Shown: piece after piece, positions 38,705-47,981 of the stretch
How positions within the stretch are numbered: position 1 is the first letter of the stretch
Layout: each line of letters starts with the position of its first letter
DNA from: Longimicrobiales bacterium
GTDB lineage: Bacteria > Gemmatimonadota > Gemmatimonadetes > Longimicrobiales > Gaopeijiaceae
Reading direction: 5' to 3'
NCBI GenBank assembly: GCA_965204735.1
Contig: OZ242008.1
Coordinates: forward strand, 224,001 to 288,000
DNA: 64,000 bases
The notes under the pieces: model-generated
Databases searched by the model: none
Told to the model about the DNA's origin: nothing
The model's input: only the letters and a program-made list of their open reading frames with translations
Made by a program: the position numbers and the translations under genes

Positions 38705-40057
38705 ATGACAACGACGAACCGGAAGAAGGGACTCGGCTTGGCGTCCGTCGCCGCGGCGCTGGGCGCCCTCCTCCTCTCCGCCTGCGACTTGGAGGTTCTG
38801 AACCCCGGTCGCATCCTGGACGAGGACCTGAACACCCGCGAGCTGATGCCGATCGTCGTGTCCGGCGCGTCGGCCGAGTTCAACGACGTCGTGGACGACT
38901 ACGCCTTCGAGGTCGCCCGTCTCACCGACGACTTGGCCGGCACCGGCAGCTACTTCACGACGGGCAAGTTCCGACGAGGCGTCATGGACGCCGACGACAA
39001 CGACGTGGAGACCGCCTGGGAGCAGGTCCACGAGGCCGCATGGGCGGCCGGCGGCGCCTGGGAGCGGCTTCAGAACGTGCTGGAGGGCGAAGCCAGCTCC
39101 TTCGACGGCGCGGCTCGGCTCTTCGTGCTCATGGGGCTGGCCCACAGAATGCTGGGCGAGAACTTCTGCGACGTGACGTACGACATCGGTCCGTTGCAGC
39201 CGAGGACGGCAGCGTTCGACAGCGCCATCGTCGCCTTCAACCAGGCCGTGACGATCGGAGCCGCGTCGGGCGCCGCGGATTTCGTGACCGCCGCTCACGG
39301 CGGAATCGCCCAGGCGCAGGCTGCGCTCGGCAACTGGAGCGCGGCGGCCCAGGCCGCGTCGATGGTCCCCACGGACTTCGTCCACAGCGCCATCTACCAC
39401 CTTACGGCCAACAGCAACGTGATCTGGAACGAGTCCTGGGGCCGGGCGGAGGTGGGCGTGTGGGCGACGCCGGCCCAGACGGTCTACGACGGCGACCCCA
39501 GGGCGCCGTACACGGTCTGCGGCGAGTGGAACGACACGAACCGGCCTCCCAACCCGGACATGGGGGTCACGCGCACAGGCACCTGCACAGGGCAGGGAAG
39601 CGGCGCTCACCAGGGCGCCGACGGCCTCACGGCGCACTACCGGCAGGACAAGTACGACGAGGCCGGCTCCGACATCCCCGTCGTCACGGGAACGGAGATG
39701 CGCCTCATCGAGGCCGAAGCGGCCCTGACGAGCAACGACCTGGCGACCTTCACCGCCAAGATCAACGAGCTGCGCGCCCACTACGAGCTCGACCCCATTG
39801 AGCAGCCCGCCGCCGCCGGGGCGCTCGAGTTCCCGAACGCCCTGGACGACGCTTGGTCGATCCTGGACCGGGAACGCTACCTGACCCTGTGGATGCAGGC
39901 GCGACGGCTGTGGGACCTGGACCGCTGGGACCACCCCTTCCTCAACGGCGGAACCCTGATCGGCCCAGGCGCCACGCCGCGCGTATCCTGCATGCCGATC
40001 CCCGAGATCGAGTGCACCCTCAACCCGGAGATCCAGAACTCGTCGGTCTGCACCTAG
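38705..40057 (+). CDS. SusD/RagB family lipoprotein (2)
   Basis: GAGGAGG RBS; lipobox LSAC; EMRLIEAEA; ERYLTLWMQARRLWD. Confidence 0.9.
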   Translation: MTTTNRKKGLGLASVAAALGALLLSACDLEVLNPGRILDEDLNTRELMPIVVSGASAEFNDVVDDYAFEVARLTDDLAGTGSYFTTGKFRRGVMDADDNDVETAWEQVHEAAWAAGGAWERLQNVLEGEASSFDGAARLFVLMGLAHRMLGENFCDVTYDIGPLQPRTAAFDSAIVAFNQAVTIGAASGAADFVTAAHGGIAQAQAALGNWSAAAQAASMVPTDFVHSAIYHLTANSNVIWNESWGRAEVGVWATPAQTVYDGDPRAPYTVCGEWNDTNRPPNPDMGVTRTGTCTGQGSGAHQGADGLTAHYRQDKYDEAGSDIPVVTGTEMRLIEAEAALTSNDLATFTAKINELRAHYELDPIEQPAAAGALEFPNALDDAWSILDRERYLTLWMQARRLWDLDRWDHPFLNGGTLIGPGATPRVSCMPIPEIECTLNPEIQNSSVCT

Positions 40058-40167
40058 CACGCCGGCAGAGCGCGCAGGCCGTGCGGCCGTCTCGCGCCAA
40101 CCCGAAACAGTGCGCCCCCGCCGGAGTTCGGCCCCGGCGGGGGCGTTCGCCACGAGGAGGAACGCCA

Positions 40168-40623
40168 TTGCTCCGCGCCGCCCCCGTTGTTGTGCTCGTC
40201 GCGGTCCTGTCGGGCGCCGGCTGCGCCACCTACCGGCCCGCGGTCGTCGAGGAGCTGGCGCCCGAACAGCGGGTCCGGGTGCGCGTGGAGCCCGAGGTCC
40301 TGGCCGATCTGGTGGCCTTCGCGGAAGGAGCCCAAGGCCAGCTGGGCGGTCGTTTCGCGGAGCTGCGGGGAGATTCGGTGGAGTTCCGGTTCGAGACCCC
40401 GTCCAGCTACCGGCAGGTCGTGCTGCATCGCAGCGCGATCCTGGGAGTGCAGCGGCGGGAGACCAGCCCGGCTCGGAGCATCGCATTCTCCGCGGCGGTG
40501 GTGGGCGGGATCGGGGTCCTGGCCTACCTGGGGTTCGAAGGCCAGGAGAGCGGCGACGACTCGCTGCCGCCGGACACGGAGGCGCTGGTCCCGCTCCTCG
40601 TCTTCACCGCGTGGCCCCGGTAG
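40168..40623 (+). CDS. Small putative lipoprotein
   Basis: GAGGAGG then TTG; VLSGAGC lipobox-like; C-terminal hydrophobic segment. Confidence 0.6.
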   Translation: MLRAAPVVVLVAVLSGAGCATYRPAVVEELAPEQRVRVRVEPEVLADLVAFAEGAQGQLGGRFAELRGDSVEFRFETPSSYRQVVLHRSAILGVQRRETSPARSIAFSAAVVGGIGVLAYLGFEGQESGDDSLPPDTEALVPLLVFTAWPR

Positions 40624-40640
40624 CCGCGCGACGCCGCCCT

Positions 40641-40668
40641 TTGACCGGCCGGCCGGCCATTGTATCTT
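40641..40668 (+). promoter_or_regulatory. Candidate promoter for susC3
   Basis: TTGACC-N16-TATCTT. Confidence 0.45.
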
Positions 40669-40776
40669 TGGGTTCCAGTCGGCTGGCCAGCCGGCTCGAG
40701 CTGCGGTAATGCTGTACGACTGTTGAATCGCGGGGACGCTTGCCCCCAACTCAATCACCCTGGACAGGAAGAGGAA

Positions 40777-43700
40777 ATGTCCAAACCAAGTGTTCGCACC
40801 CGGGCGCGCTTCGGCGCCTCTGCCCTCGTCGGCGCCGTCCTGGCGGCGTCGCTGATGGTCGGAGGAGCGCCGTCGCTGGATGCCCAGACCGGCACGGTCA
40901 CCGGAACCGTGCGGAACGCCACCAACGGCTCGGCCATCGCCGGAGCCCAGATCAGCATCGCCGAACTCAACACCGGCATCCTGACCAACAACGTGGGCCG
41001 CTACGTGCTGGTGGGCATCCCGGCCGGGACCCACACCGTCGAGGTCCGCTACATCGGCTACACTGCCGAGAGCGTGGAGGTCACGGTCCCGGAGGGCGGC
41101 GCTGCGACGGCCGACTTCGAGCTTCGCTCCGACGCCATCAGCCTGGAGGGCGTAGTGGTCACCGGCACTGCCGGCGCGGCCCGCCGTCGGGAGATCGGCA
41201 ACTCGATCTCCTCGATCAGCGGAGAGGTGTTCGAGAGCCAGCCGATTGCCCGGGTCGCCGACGCCCTGCAGGGCCGCACCTTGGGCGCCACGATCCTCAA
41301 CAACGGCGGACAGGTCGGTGCAGGGACGACGATCAAGCTGCGCGGCAACAACTCCGTGTCGTTCAGCAACTCGCCCCTGGTCTACGTGGACGGCGTGCGA
41401 ATCCGCGAGAGGGGCCTGATTCACGCCGTGGAGGCAAACCAGCAGACCAACCCCTTCGACGACATCAATCCGGCCGACATCGAGCGGATCGAGGTCATCA
41501 AGGGTGCTTCGGCCACGACGCTGTACGGCACGGAGGCTTCGGGCGGCGTGATCCAGATCTTCACCAAGCGCGGAGCGGTGGGCGCCCCGGCGTGGTCCCT
41601 CACCATCGACCAGGGGCTCAACACGCTGGGCCACGTCGGTCCGAGCGCCGACGTGAACCCGACCGGGCTCGGCATGAACAACTGCAACTTCACCGGCAAC
41701 GGCGCCTTTCCCGGCGGCGACTCCCAGTTCCCGGCCGACCCGTCGTGCCCGGCCAACGGCTCCTGGCTGAAGAACGGCTACGTCCAGAACTACAACCTCT
41801 CCGTTCGAGGCGGCGCCGAGCGCATGAACTACTTTGTTTCCGCCAAGTGGGGGAACGAAGGAGGCGTGTTCAACACTGGCACGAACGAGCTCGGCGGTGC
41901 ACGGCCCGATCAGGGGCAGGAAGTCTGGAGCCTGCGCGGCAACTTCTCCTTCGCGCCCGCCGAAGGCGTGGACATCAGGCTCAACAACTACTTCACGCAC
42001 AAGGATGTTACCTGGGTCCCGGACGGCAACAACGCCGAAGGACTTCTCCTCAACGTGTTCCGAGGCGGCAGCGACTACACCAACGACGAAGACGGCAAGC
42101 TGCTGGACATGGACATCGCGACCGTCGGCGACAACTTCACAAGCGGCATAAACCTCATTTGGGACGGCGACCACGGAATCAGCCACAGGTTCAACACTGG
42201 CGTCAGCTTTGTCCGCCATACCTACTCCGAAGAAAAGCCGTGGGGCTACTTCTACGTGCAGCAGGGCGAACGCGAGACCAGGGAGCGGACCCGCCGGACG
42301 ATGACCTTCGACTACAACGGGTCGTGGAACACGGACGTCTTTGGAGTGTCGTCCACTTTCTCGTGGGGCGGACAGATGTACAACGACTTCCTGACCGGCA
42401 CCACTGGGAATGGTCGCGACTTTGCTGGCCCCGGCGACAAGGTGCTTCAATCCGGAGCCATCACGACCGCTTCGGAAGCGAACAGCACGATCACCAGCGG
42501 CGGCTTCTTCTTCCAGGAAATGATCGGAATCGCCGACAAGCTCTTCCTGACCGGCGGCGTGCGGATCGACGGGCACTCGACCTTCGGATCGGACTTCGGA
42601 CTCCAGCCTTATCCCAAGGCGTCGGTGTCCTACGTGATCTCCGACGAGAGCTTCTGGCCCCAATCCATCGGCACCATGAAGTTCCGGGGCGCCTACGGAG
42701 CATCCGGCAAGGCTCCCGGCATCTTTGCGGCGGCAAGGACATGGAACGCCGTTGCCGGCGACGGCGGAAGACCGGGCGTGACGCCCGACAACCTTGGAAA
42801 CCCCGAGCTGGGCCCGGAGCGGACTCTCGAGTGGGAAGTGGGCTTGGAGGGCACTGCCTTCGACGACCGGATCTCCTTCGAGTACCAGTACTACAACCAG
42901 GCCACCGTAGACGCGCTGATCGAAGTGACTCAGCTTCCCTCCGCTGGGTTCGTGGGCGTGCAGCTGGAAAACGTGGGCGAGCTGGAGACCACGGGCCACG
43001 AAGTCCTCGTCAACGCCAACGTCTTCGCGGCCGAGAACTTCAGCTGGGACGTGGGCGCCAGCCTCTCGACGAACCGGAGCAGAGTGCTCGACCTGGGCGG
43101 CCTCACGAACATCAACCTGGGATGGCGCAACTACGTCTACGCGCCCCAGGAATGCACTGCCGAGCTCGCCAACGGCGCGTCGTTCGACGGCAACGGCTTC
43201 ATCGGCCAAGGGTGCACCCCCGGCGAGATGGTCTACTTCCCGCTTCCGGCGTTCTGCCACGATCGCGTGCAGAACCCGGACGAAGTGGCCGCGCCCAATT
43301 ACGAAGACCAGTGCGTCGGCTCCACTACGCCGACGCGCACGATCGGCCTCAACACTGCGATCACGCTGGCCAACCGCGTCACGATGGACATGGTGTGGGA
43401 AGGACAGGGCGGCCACTGGCTTTCGTCGGGAACGGCGTACCAGAACACGCGACGCAGCGTTTGGCCGCTGTGCCGGGACACCTACGAGACGATCGCCGCC
43501 GGCGGACGCAACACGCTGACGGCCAGGGAAAGGGCCCTTTGCGACCCCTCGGTCACCCGCTACGGCATGTGGACGCAGCCTGCCGACTTCTTCAAGCTGC
43601 GTTCTGCGTCGATCAACTTCCGGATCCCCGAGGAATGGCTGCCGGGCCAGCTTCGGGCCGCCACCCTCAGGTTGCAGGGCCGAAACCTCCTCACGTTCAC

Positions 43701-43824
43701 GGAGTTCGAGGGCGTGGATCCCGAGGCGTTCGAGGATGGTTCCGCCGAGGTGCTCTTCCGCCAAGAGTACTACAACCTGCCGCCGATCCGGAGCTTCCTG
43801 ATGTCGCTCAAGGTCGACTTCTAG
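40777..43824 (+). CDS. SusC/RagA family TonB-linked receptor (3)
   Basis: Signal peptide; LEGVVVTG; INPADIERIEVIKG; C-terminal F. Confidence 0.92.
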   Translation: MSKPSVRTRARFGASALVGAVLAASLMVGGAPSLDAQTGTVTGTVRNATNGSAIAGAQISIAELNTGILTNNVGRYVLVGIPAGTHTVEVRYIGYTAESVEVTVPEGGAATADFELRSDAISLEGVVVTGTAGAARRREIGNSISSISGEVFESQPIARVADALQGRTLGATILNNGGQVGAGTTIKLRGNNSVSFSNSPLVYVDGVRIRERGLIHAVEANQQTNPFDDINPADIERIEVIKGASATTLYGTEASGGVIQIFTKRGAVGAPAWSLTIDQGLNTLGHVGPSADVNPTGLGMNNCNFTGNGAFPGGDSQFPADPSCPANGSWLKNGYVQNYNLSVRGGAERMNYFVSAKWGNEGGVFNTGTNELGGARPDQGQEVWSLRGNFSFAPAEGVDIRLNNYFTHKDVTWVPDGNNAEGLLLNVFRGGSDYTNDEDGKLLDMDIATVGDNFTSGINLIWDGDHGISHRFNTGVSFVRHTYSEEKPWGYFYVQQGERETRERTRRTMTFDYNGSWNTDVFGVSSTFSWGGQMYNDFLTGTTGNGRDFAGPGDKVLQSGAITTASEANSTITSGGFFFQEMIGIADKLFLTGGVRIDGHSTFGSDFGLQPYPKASVSYVISDESFWPQSIGTMKFRGAYGASGKAPGIFAAARTWNAVAGDGGRPGVTPDNLGNPELGPERTLEWEVGLEGTAFDDRISFEYQYYNQATVDALIEVTQLPSAGFVGVQLENVGELETTGHEVLVNANVFAAENFSWDVGASLSTNRSRVLDLGGLTNINLGWRNYVYAPQECTAELANGASFDGNGFIGQGCTPGEMVYFPLPAFCHDRVQNPDEVAAPNYEDQCVGSTTPTRTIGLNTAITLANRVTMDMVWEGQGGHWLSSGTAYQNTRRSVWPLCRDTYETIAAGGRNTLTARERALCDPSVTRYGMWTQPADFFKLRSASINFRIPEEWLPGQLRAATLRLQGRNLLTFTEFEGVDPEAFEDGSAEVLFRQEYYNLPPIRSFLMSLKVDF

Positions 43825-43840
43825 GAGAAAGGGACGAGAC

Positions 43841-45208
43841 ATGAACACCAGCAAAGCGACAGCGACGCGTCTGCGCGCCTTTCTCGCGACCTTCATGGCC
43901 GCCTTCGCCCTGGTCGGGTGCGAGGACGGCCTCTTCGAGGTGAGGAACCCCGGCAGGATCCTCGACGACGACCTCAACACCGTGCCGGGAGTCAACTCCC
44001 TGGTGACGGGGATGTCGTCGGACTTCTCGGTCGCCTACGACAACCTCTCCTTCACCACGGCGATCCTTTCCGACGAGATCGTGGGCTCGGGGAGCTACTT
44101 CTCGACCGGCCGCTACCGCCGGGGCCTTTTCGACTCCGACGACGCCAACGGCTTCTGGGGAGGCGTGCAGCGCGCCCGGTGGGTGGCCGAAGCCGGGCTG
44201 CTCCGCATGAGGGGGATCGACGACTACCAGTTCGACGGGAACCACAACACGGCCCGGGCCTGGCTCTTTGCTGGGCTGGCCAACCGCTGGTTCGGCGAGA
44301 ACTTCTGCGGCGTCGTCTTCAGCACGCCGTACACGAGCGACACTCCTGGGCCGGGCGGCGAAGTGGACACCGGCGAGTACGTGGATCGGGACCAGGCGTT
44401 CTCACGGGCGATAGCCGCGCTCAACGAGGCCGCGCGGCACGGCGGCTCGGCGGGCCGGCAGGACATCGTCAACGCCGCGGAGGGCGCACTGGCCCAAGTG
44501 AACGTCGGCCTCGGCAACTGGAGCGCCGTGGCGACCCACGCGGCCAAGGTGCCCACCGACTTCGTGTACTCCGCCAACTACTCGTCCAACTCGACACGCG
44601 AGACGAGCCAGATCTGGAACGAGACCCACGGGCGCCACGAAGTGTCGGCCTTCATGACCGTGGCGGGGATCTACGGCGCCGGCGACCCGAGGACGCCGTG
44701 GACGGACTGCTCCGATTCGGCGTCCGGCTGTCCGAGCGGCAACGGCGCCGACGGCCAGACGATTCACTACCGCCAGGAGAAGTACCCGACCAGGGAGGAC
44801 GACATTCCCTTGGTCAAGGGGACCGACATGCGCCTGCTGGAAGCCGAGAAGGCGCTGCGGGAAGGCGACCTTGCGATGGCGATGGCCAAGATCAACGCGG
44901 TTCGGGAGTTTCATGGACTCGATCCGGTCGAGTCCGACGGAAACATCGGTTCCCTGACGGGCGGGGAGGGCGGAAGCGCAAGTTTGACCTCCATGTCCGG
45001 GTGGGACATCCTGGACCGGGAACGCCACCTGACGATGTGGCTGGAAGGTCGGCGGCTGTGGGACCTGCATCGCTGGGACCACCCCCATCTGGACGGCGGC
45101 GGCGTGCTCTACGAAGCGACGGTGGCGCGGCGCGCCTCGTGCATGCCGGTCTCCGACGACGAGTGCCAGGTCAACGAAAAGGTGAGAGACCGCTGCTTCA
45201 CGATGTAG
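43841..45208 (+). CDS. SusD/RagB family lipoprotein (3)
   Basis: Lipobox LVGC; DMRLLEAE; ERHLTMWLEGRRLWD. Confidence 0.9.
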   Translation: MNTSKATATRLRAFLATFMAAFALVGCEDGLFEVRNPGRILDDDLNTVPGVNSLVTGMSSDFSVAYDNLSFTTAILSDEIVGSGSYFSTGRYRRGLFDSDDANGFWGGVQRARWVAEAGLLRMRGIDDYQFDGNHNTARAWLFAGLANRWFGENFCGVVFSTPYTSDTPGPGGEVDTGEYVDRDQAFSRAIAALNEAARHGGSAGRQDIVNAAEGALAQVNVGLGNWSAVATHAAKVPTDFVYSANYSSNSTRETSQIWNETHGRHEVSAFMTVAGIYGAGDPRTPWTDCSDSASGCPSGNGADGQTIHYRQEKYPTREDDIPLVKGTDMRLLEAEKALREGDLAMAMAKINAVREFHGLDPVESDGNIGSLTGGEGGSASLTSMSGWDILDRERHLTMWLEGRRLWDLHRWDHPHLDGGGVLYEATVARRASCMPVSDDECQVNEKVRDRCFTM

Positions 45209-45257
45209 GCCGGCGTCTCGACCGGTGAAGGACCCGCCTGACCAGCGGCAGCAGAGC

Positions 45258-45295
45258 AACCGCCCTCCGGCCCCGTGCGGGTCGGGGGGCGGTTT
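45258..45295 (+). terminator. Hairpin after susD3
   Basis: AACCGCCCTCCGGCCC / GGGTCGGGGGGCGGTT followed by T. Confidence 0.55.
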
Positions 45296-45310
45296 CCGTA
45301 TCTTGGCGTC

Positions 45311-46177
45311 ATGACTTCCCGGCGACGCCCCGGCCGCTTCGCGCTCCTTCTCGCGACCGCGCTTGCCCGGGCCCTCGCTCCCGTGGGCGCCGACGCCCAG
45401 GACGCCGACGCCCGCCCGCCCGTCCTCCCCAAGGTCGAGGGCGAGGTGCTGGACGACGTGAGCGGCCTGCCGGTGGCCGACGTCGTCGTGCTCCTGCCGA
45501 AGCTGGGAATGGCGCAGCTGAGCGACGAGTTCGGCTACTTCGCCTTCGAGTCCGTCCCTGCGGGCGTCCACGACTTCACGGCCTTTCACCTGGCGTACGT
45601 GGCCTTCGAGGCGCAGGCGCCCGTCGCCCCCGACGAAGTGCTGGTGCTGCGGCTCTCGCCGAATCCGATACCGCTGCCGGGAGTGGACGTGGAGGCTCTC
45701 TCGGACGATCAGCGGACGGCGTGGAGGTCGGGCCGCGCTTCCGACGTGATCTCGCGCCACGACGTGGCGGAGGCCGGGGAGCGCACCAGTCAGCTGCTGG
45801 AGGTGATCCGCACCAAGGCCCCGCCCCGCCTGCAGATCCGGCAACAGGGAGGCCGCGGCGGGATCGCCTTCTGCATCCAGTCGTCCCGACGCGCGCCTTC
45901 GGTCCAGGAGCTGCGCGACCTGGGCGTCGGATGCCGACCGGCGCTGGTGGCCATGGACGGCGTGGTCGTCTACACGCCCCCGCTGGGAAGCGAGATGGCC
46001 TCTACCGAGACCGCCAGCATGCCCGAAGACGTGGCCCAGATGATCCTCCGCCAGAACCCCAACGAGATCGAGAGCATTCGCATCCTGTCGCCCGCGGACG
46101 GGTTCTTTCGATACGGCGAGGGCGGACGTCTGGGCGCAGTGGAGATCACGACGCGACACCCTCGTCGCCGACGCTGA
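45311..46177 (+). CDS. Exported protein with carboxypeptidase-regulatory-like and TonB plug-like domains, no barrel
   Basis: GEVLDDVSGLP, SDEFGYF, FHLAY; EIESIRIL...YG...GAVEITTR. Confidence 0.7.
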   Translation: MTSRRRPGRFALLLATALARALAPVGADAQDADARPPVLPKVEGEVLDDVSGLPVADVVVLLPKLGMAQLSDEFGYFAFESVPAGVHDFTAFHLAYVAFEAQAPVAPDEVLVLRLSPNPIPLPGVDVEALSDDQRTAWRSGRASDVISRHDVAEAGERTSQLLEVIRTKAPPRLQIRQQGGRGGIAFCIQSSRRAPSVQELRDLGVGCRPALVAMDGVVVYTPPLGSEMASTETASMPEDVAQMILRQNPNEIESIRILSPADGFFRYGEGGRLGAVEITTRHPRRRR

Positions 46178-46185
46178 TCCCTTCC

Positions 46186-47802
46186 ATGCGCCCTCTCGCC
46201 TTGCCCGCGGGGCTCTCGCTGGTCCTGGCCGCCTACCTGCTGGACCCGCTGGTCAGAGGCACGCCGGGCCTGTTCTGGTCGTTCGCGGTCGCGTCCGCGG
46301 GAGTGCTGGCGTGGACGACGGTCCTGTACGCCAGGCGCCGGCAGCGCGTCGGCGACGACGGCTCGCCGGTCGGGGGGCCGGGGACCGGACTGACCTTGGA
46401 GCTGGCAATCCGCCGGCCACACTGGATTCAGCTTCTTGCCCAGGGCTCGGTTCTGGCGTGGTGGGGCTGGCACGTTCGGGCCGTGTACGAGTTCGCGCCG
46501 TTCATCTTGGCCCAGCTGGTCCTGGCGGTCGCCGTCGAAAGCTTGTTCGGCCTCGCGCGGCGCGGGCGCTGCACGTTGGGCTTCGGACCGGTGCCGGTCG
46601 TGTTCAGCCTGAACCTCTTCCTCTGGTTCCACCTTCCGTGGTTCTTCTTCCAGTTCGCCATGGTCGTGCTGGTGTACGTGGGCAAGGAGTTCGTGCGGCG
46701 GCAGGTGGAGGGCCGTTCCCGACACATCTTCAACCCGTCGGCGTTCGCTCTGGCGATTGCGTCCCTGGCGTTGATCGTCACGGGCCAGACGGAGATCACG
46801 CAGGGCGTCGAGATCGCCCAAAGCCAGTACGTGCCGCCGCACGTCTTCTTGGTGATCTTCCTGGCGGCGCTCCCCGGGCAGCTGCTCTTCGGGGTGGCGA
46901 CGATGACGATGCCCGCCGTGCTGGTCATCTACGGCTTCAGCGCCGCCTACCACGCGGCGACCGGGATCTTCTTCTTCCACGACGCCTACGTTCCCATCGC
47001 CGTCTTCCTGGGGCTGCACCTCCTCTTCACCGACCCGGCCACGTCGCCCCGCTCCGAGATGGGGCGCGTCGTCTTCGGCGTACTGTACGGGGCCGGGGTC
47101 GTCGCCAGCGTCTTCCTGCTGAACGCGGTCGGCGCGCCGCCCTTCTACGACAAGCTGCTCCCGGTGCCGATCCTGAACGTGCTGGCGCCCCGGCTGGACC
47201 GCTTGGCCCGTGCCGTCGCCGGCCGGCTCCGCGTCGGGTGGGCCGCGGTTCCCGGCGCCGCGCCCGCGCGTCGCCGCTTGTTGACGGCCGGCACCTGGGC
47301 CGCCGTCTTCGCGACGCTGAGCTTGAGCGGCGCCCTCGGCGACGACCATCCCGGCCAGTACTACCCCTTCTGGCGAGATGCCTGCGAGGCGGGAAACGGC
47401 GCCGCCGGCACGGGAGAAGGCCGGCTAGCCGGCGGCGCCAGGGCGCAAGCGCGCGCCTGCGACTACATGGGGTTCATGCAGCAGAACTTCTGCGATCGGG
47501 GATCGGGATGGGCGTGCAACGAGTTCGGCGTTTTTCTGGCCCAGGCGGACCGCGACTACCGGGGCGCGGCGCGGGAGTTCGATCAAGCGTGCGCCCGCGG
47601 CTTCGACCCGGGATGCGCCAACCTTCGCGCACTCGTGAACGGCGGCGCCCCCGGCGACGACGCCTTCGTCCGCGCACGACCGCCGCCCAGCGAGATGCCC
47701 CTGGTTCTGCGAGGCAGCAAGGGGCCGGTGGCAGAGCGCGAGTTCGATGCGCTGGTCGCCCTGGCCTGCCATCGCGGCTGGCGAGAGTGGGAGTGCCGCT
47801 GA
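46186..47802 (+). CDS. RnfD/NqrB-like membrane protein with C-terminal Cys-rich Sel1-like repeats
   Basis: HIFNPSAFAL and FTDPATSP motifs; ACEAG..AC, FCDRGSGWAC, ACARGFDPGC, ACHRGWREWEC. Confidence 0.7.
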   Translation: MRPLALPAGLSLVLAAYLLDPLVRGTPGLFWSFAVASAGVLAWTTVLYARRRQRVGDDGSPVGGPGTGLTLELAIRRPHWIQLLAQGSVLAWWGWHVRAVYEFAPFILAQLVLAVAVESLFGLARRGRCTLGFGPVPVVFSLNLFLWFHLPWFFFQFAMVVLVYVGKEFVRRQVEGRSRHIFNPSAFALAIASLALIVTGQTEITQGVEIAQSQYVPPHVFLVIFLAALPGQLLFGVATMTMPAVLVIYGFSAAYHAATGIFFFHDAYVPIAVFLGLHLLFTDPATSPRSEMGRVVFGVLYGAGVVASVFLLNAVGAPPFYDKLLPVPILNVLAPRLDRLARAVAGRLRVGWAAVPGAAPARRRLLTAGTWAAVFATLSLSGALGDDHPGQYYPFWRDACEAGNGAAGTGEGRLAGGARAQARACDYMGFMQQNFCDRGSGWACNEFGVFLAQADRDYRGAAREFDQACARGFDPGCANLRALVNGGAPGDDAFVRARPPPSEMPLVLRGSKGPVAEREFDALVALACHRGWREWECR

Positions 47803-47981
47803 CCGGACTCGGCGGTGGGCCCCTGCACGGACACTGCGGGCCCGTAGCAAGGCGGGCCGTACTCGGCCGCCTCCGACCACGGATCCGGGCCGATCCGCTC
47901 CAGGGAGCCGGCGTAGTGGGCCTGCTTGGCGACGCCCGTAGCAGGCCTCGTCGGCCGTCGATCGACTGTCGTGGAGCGGGA

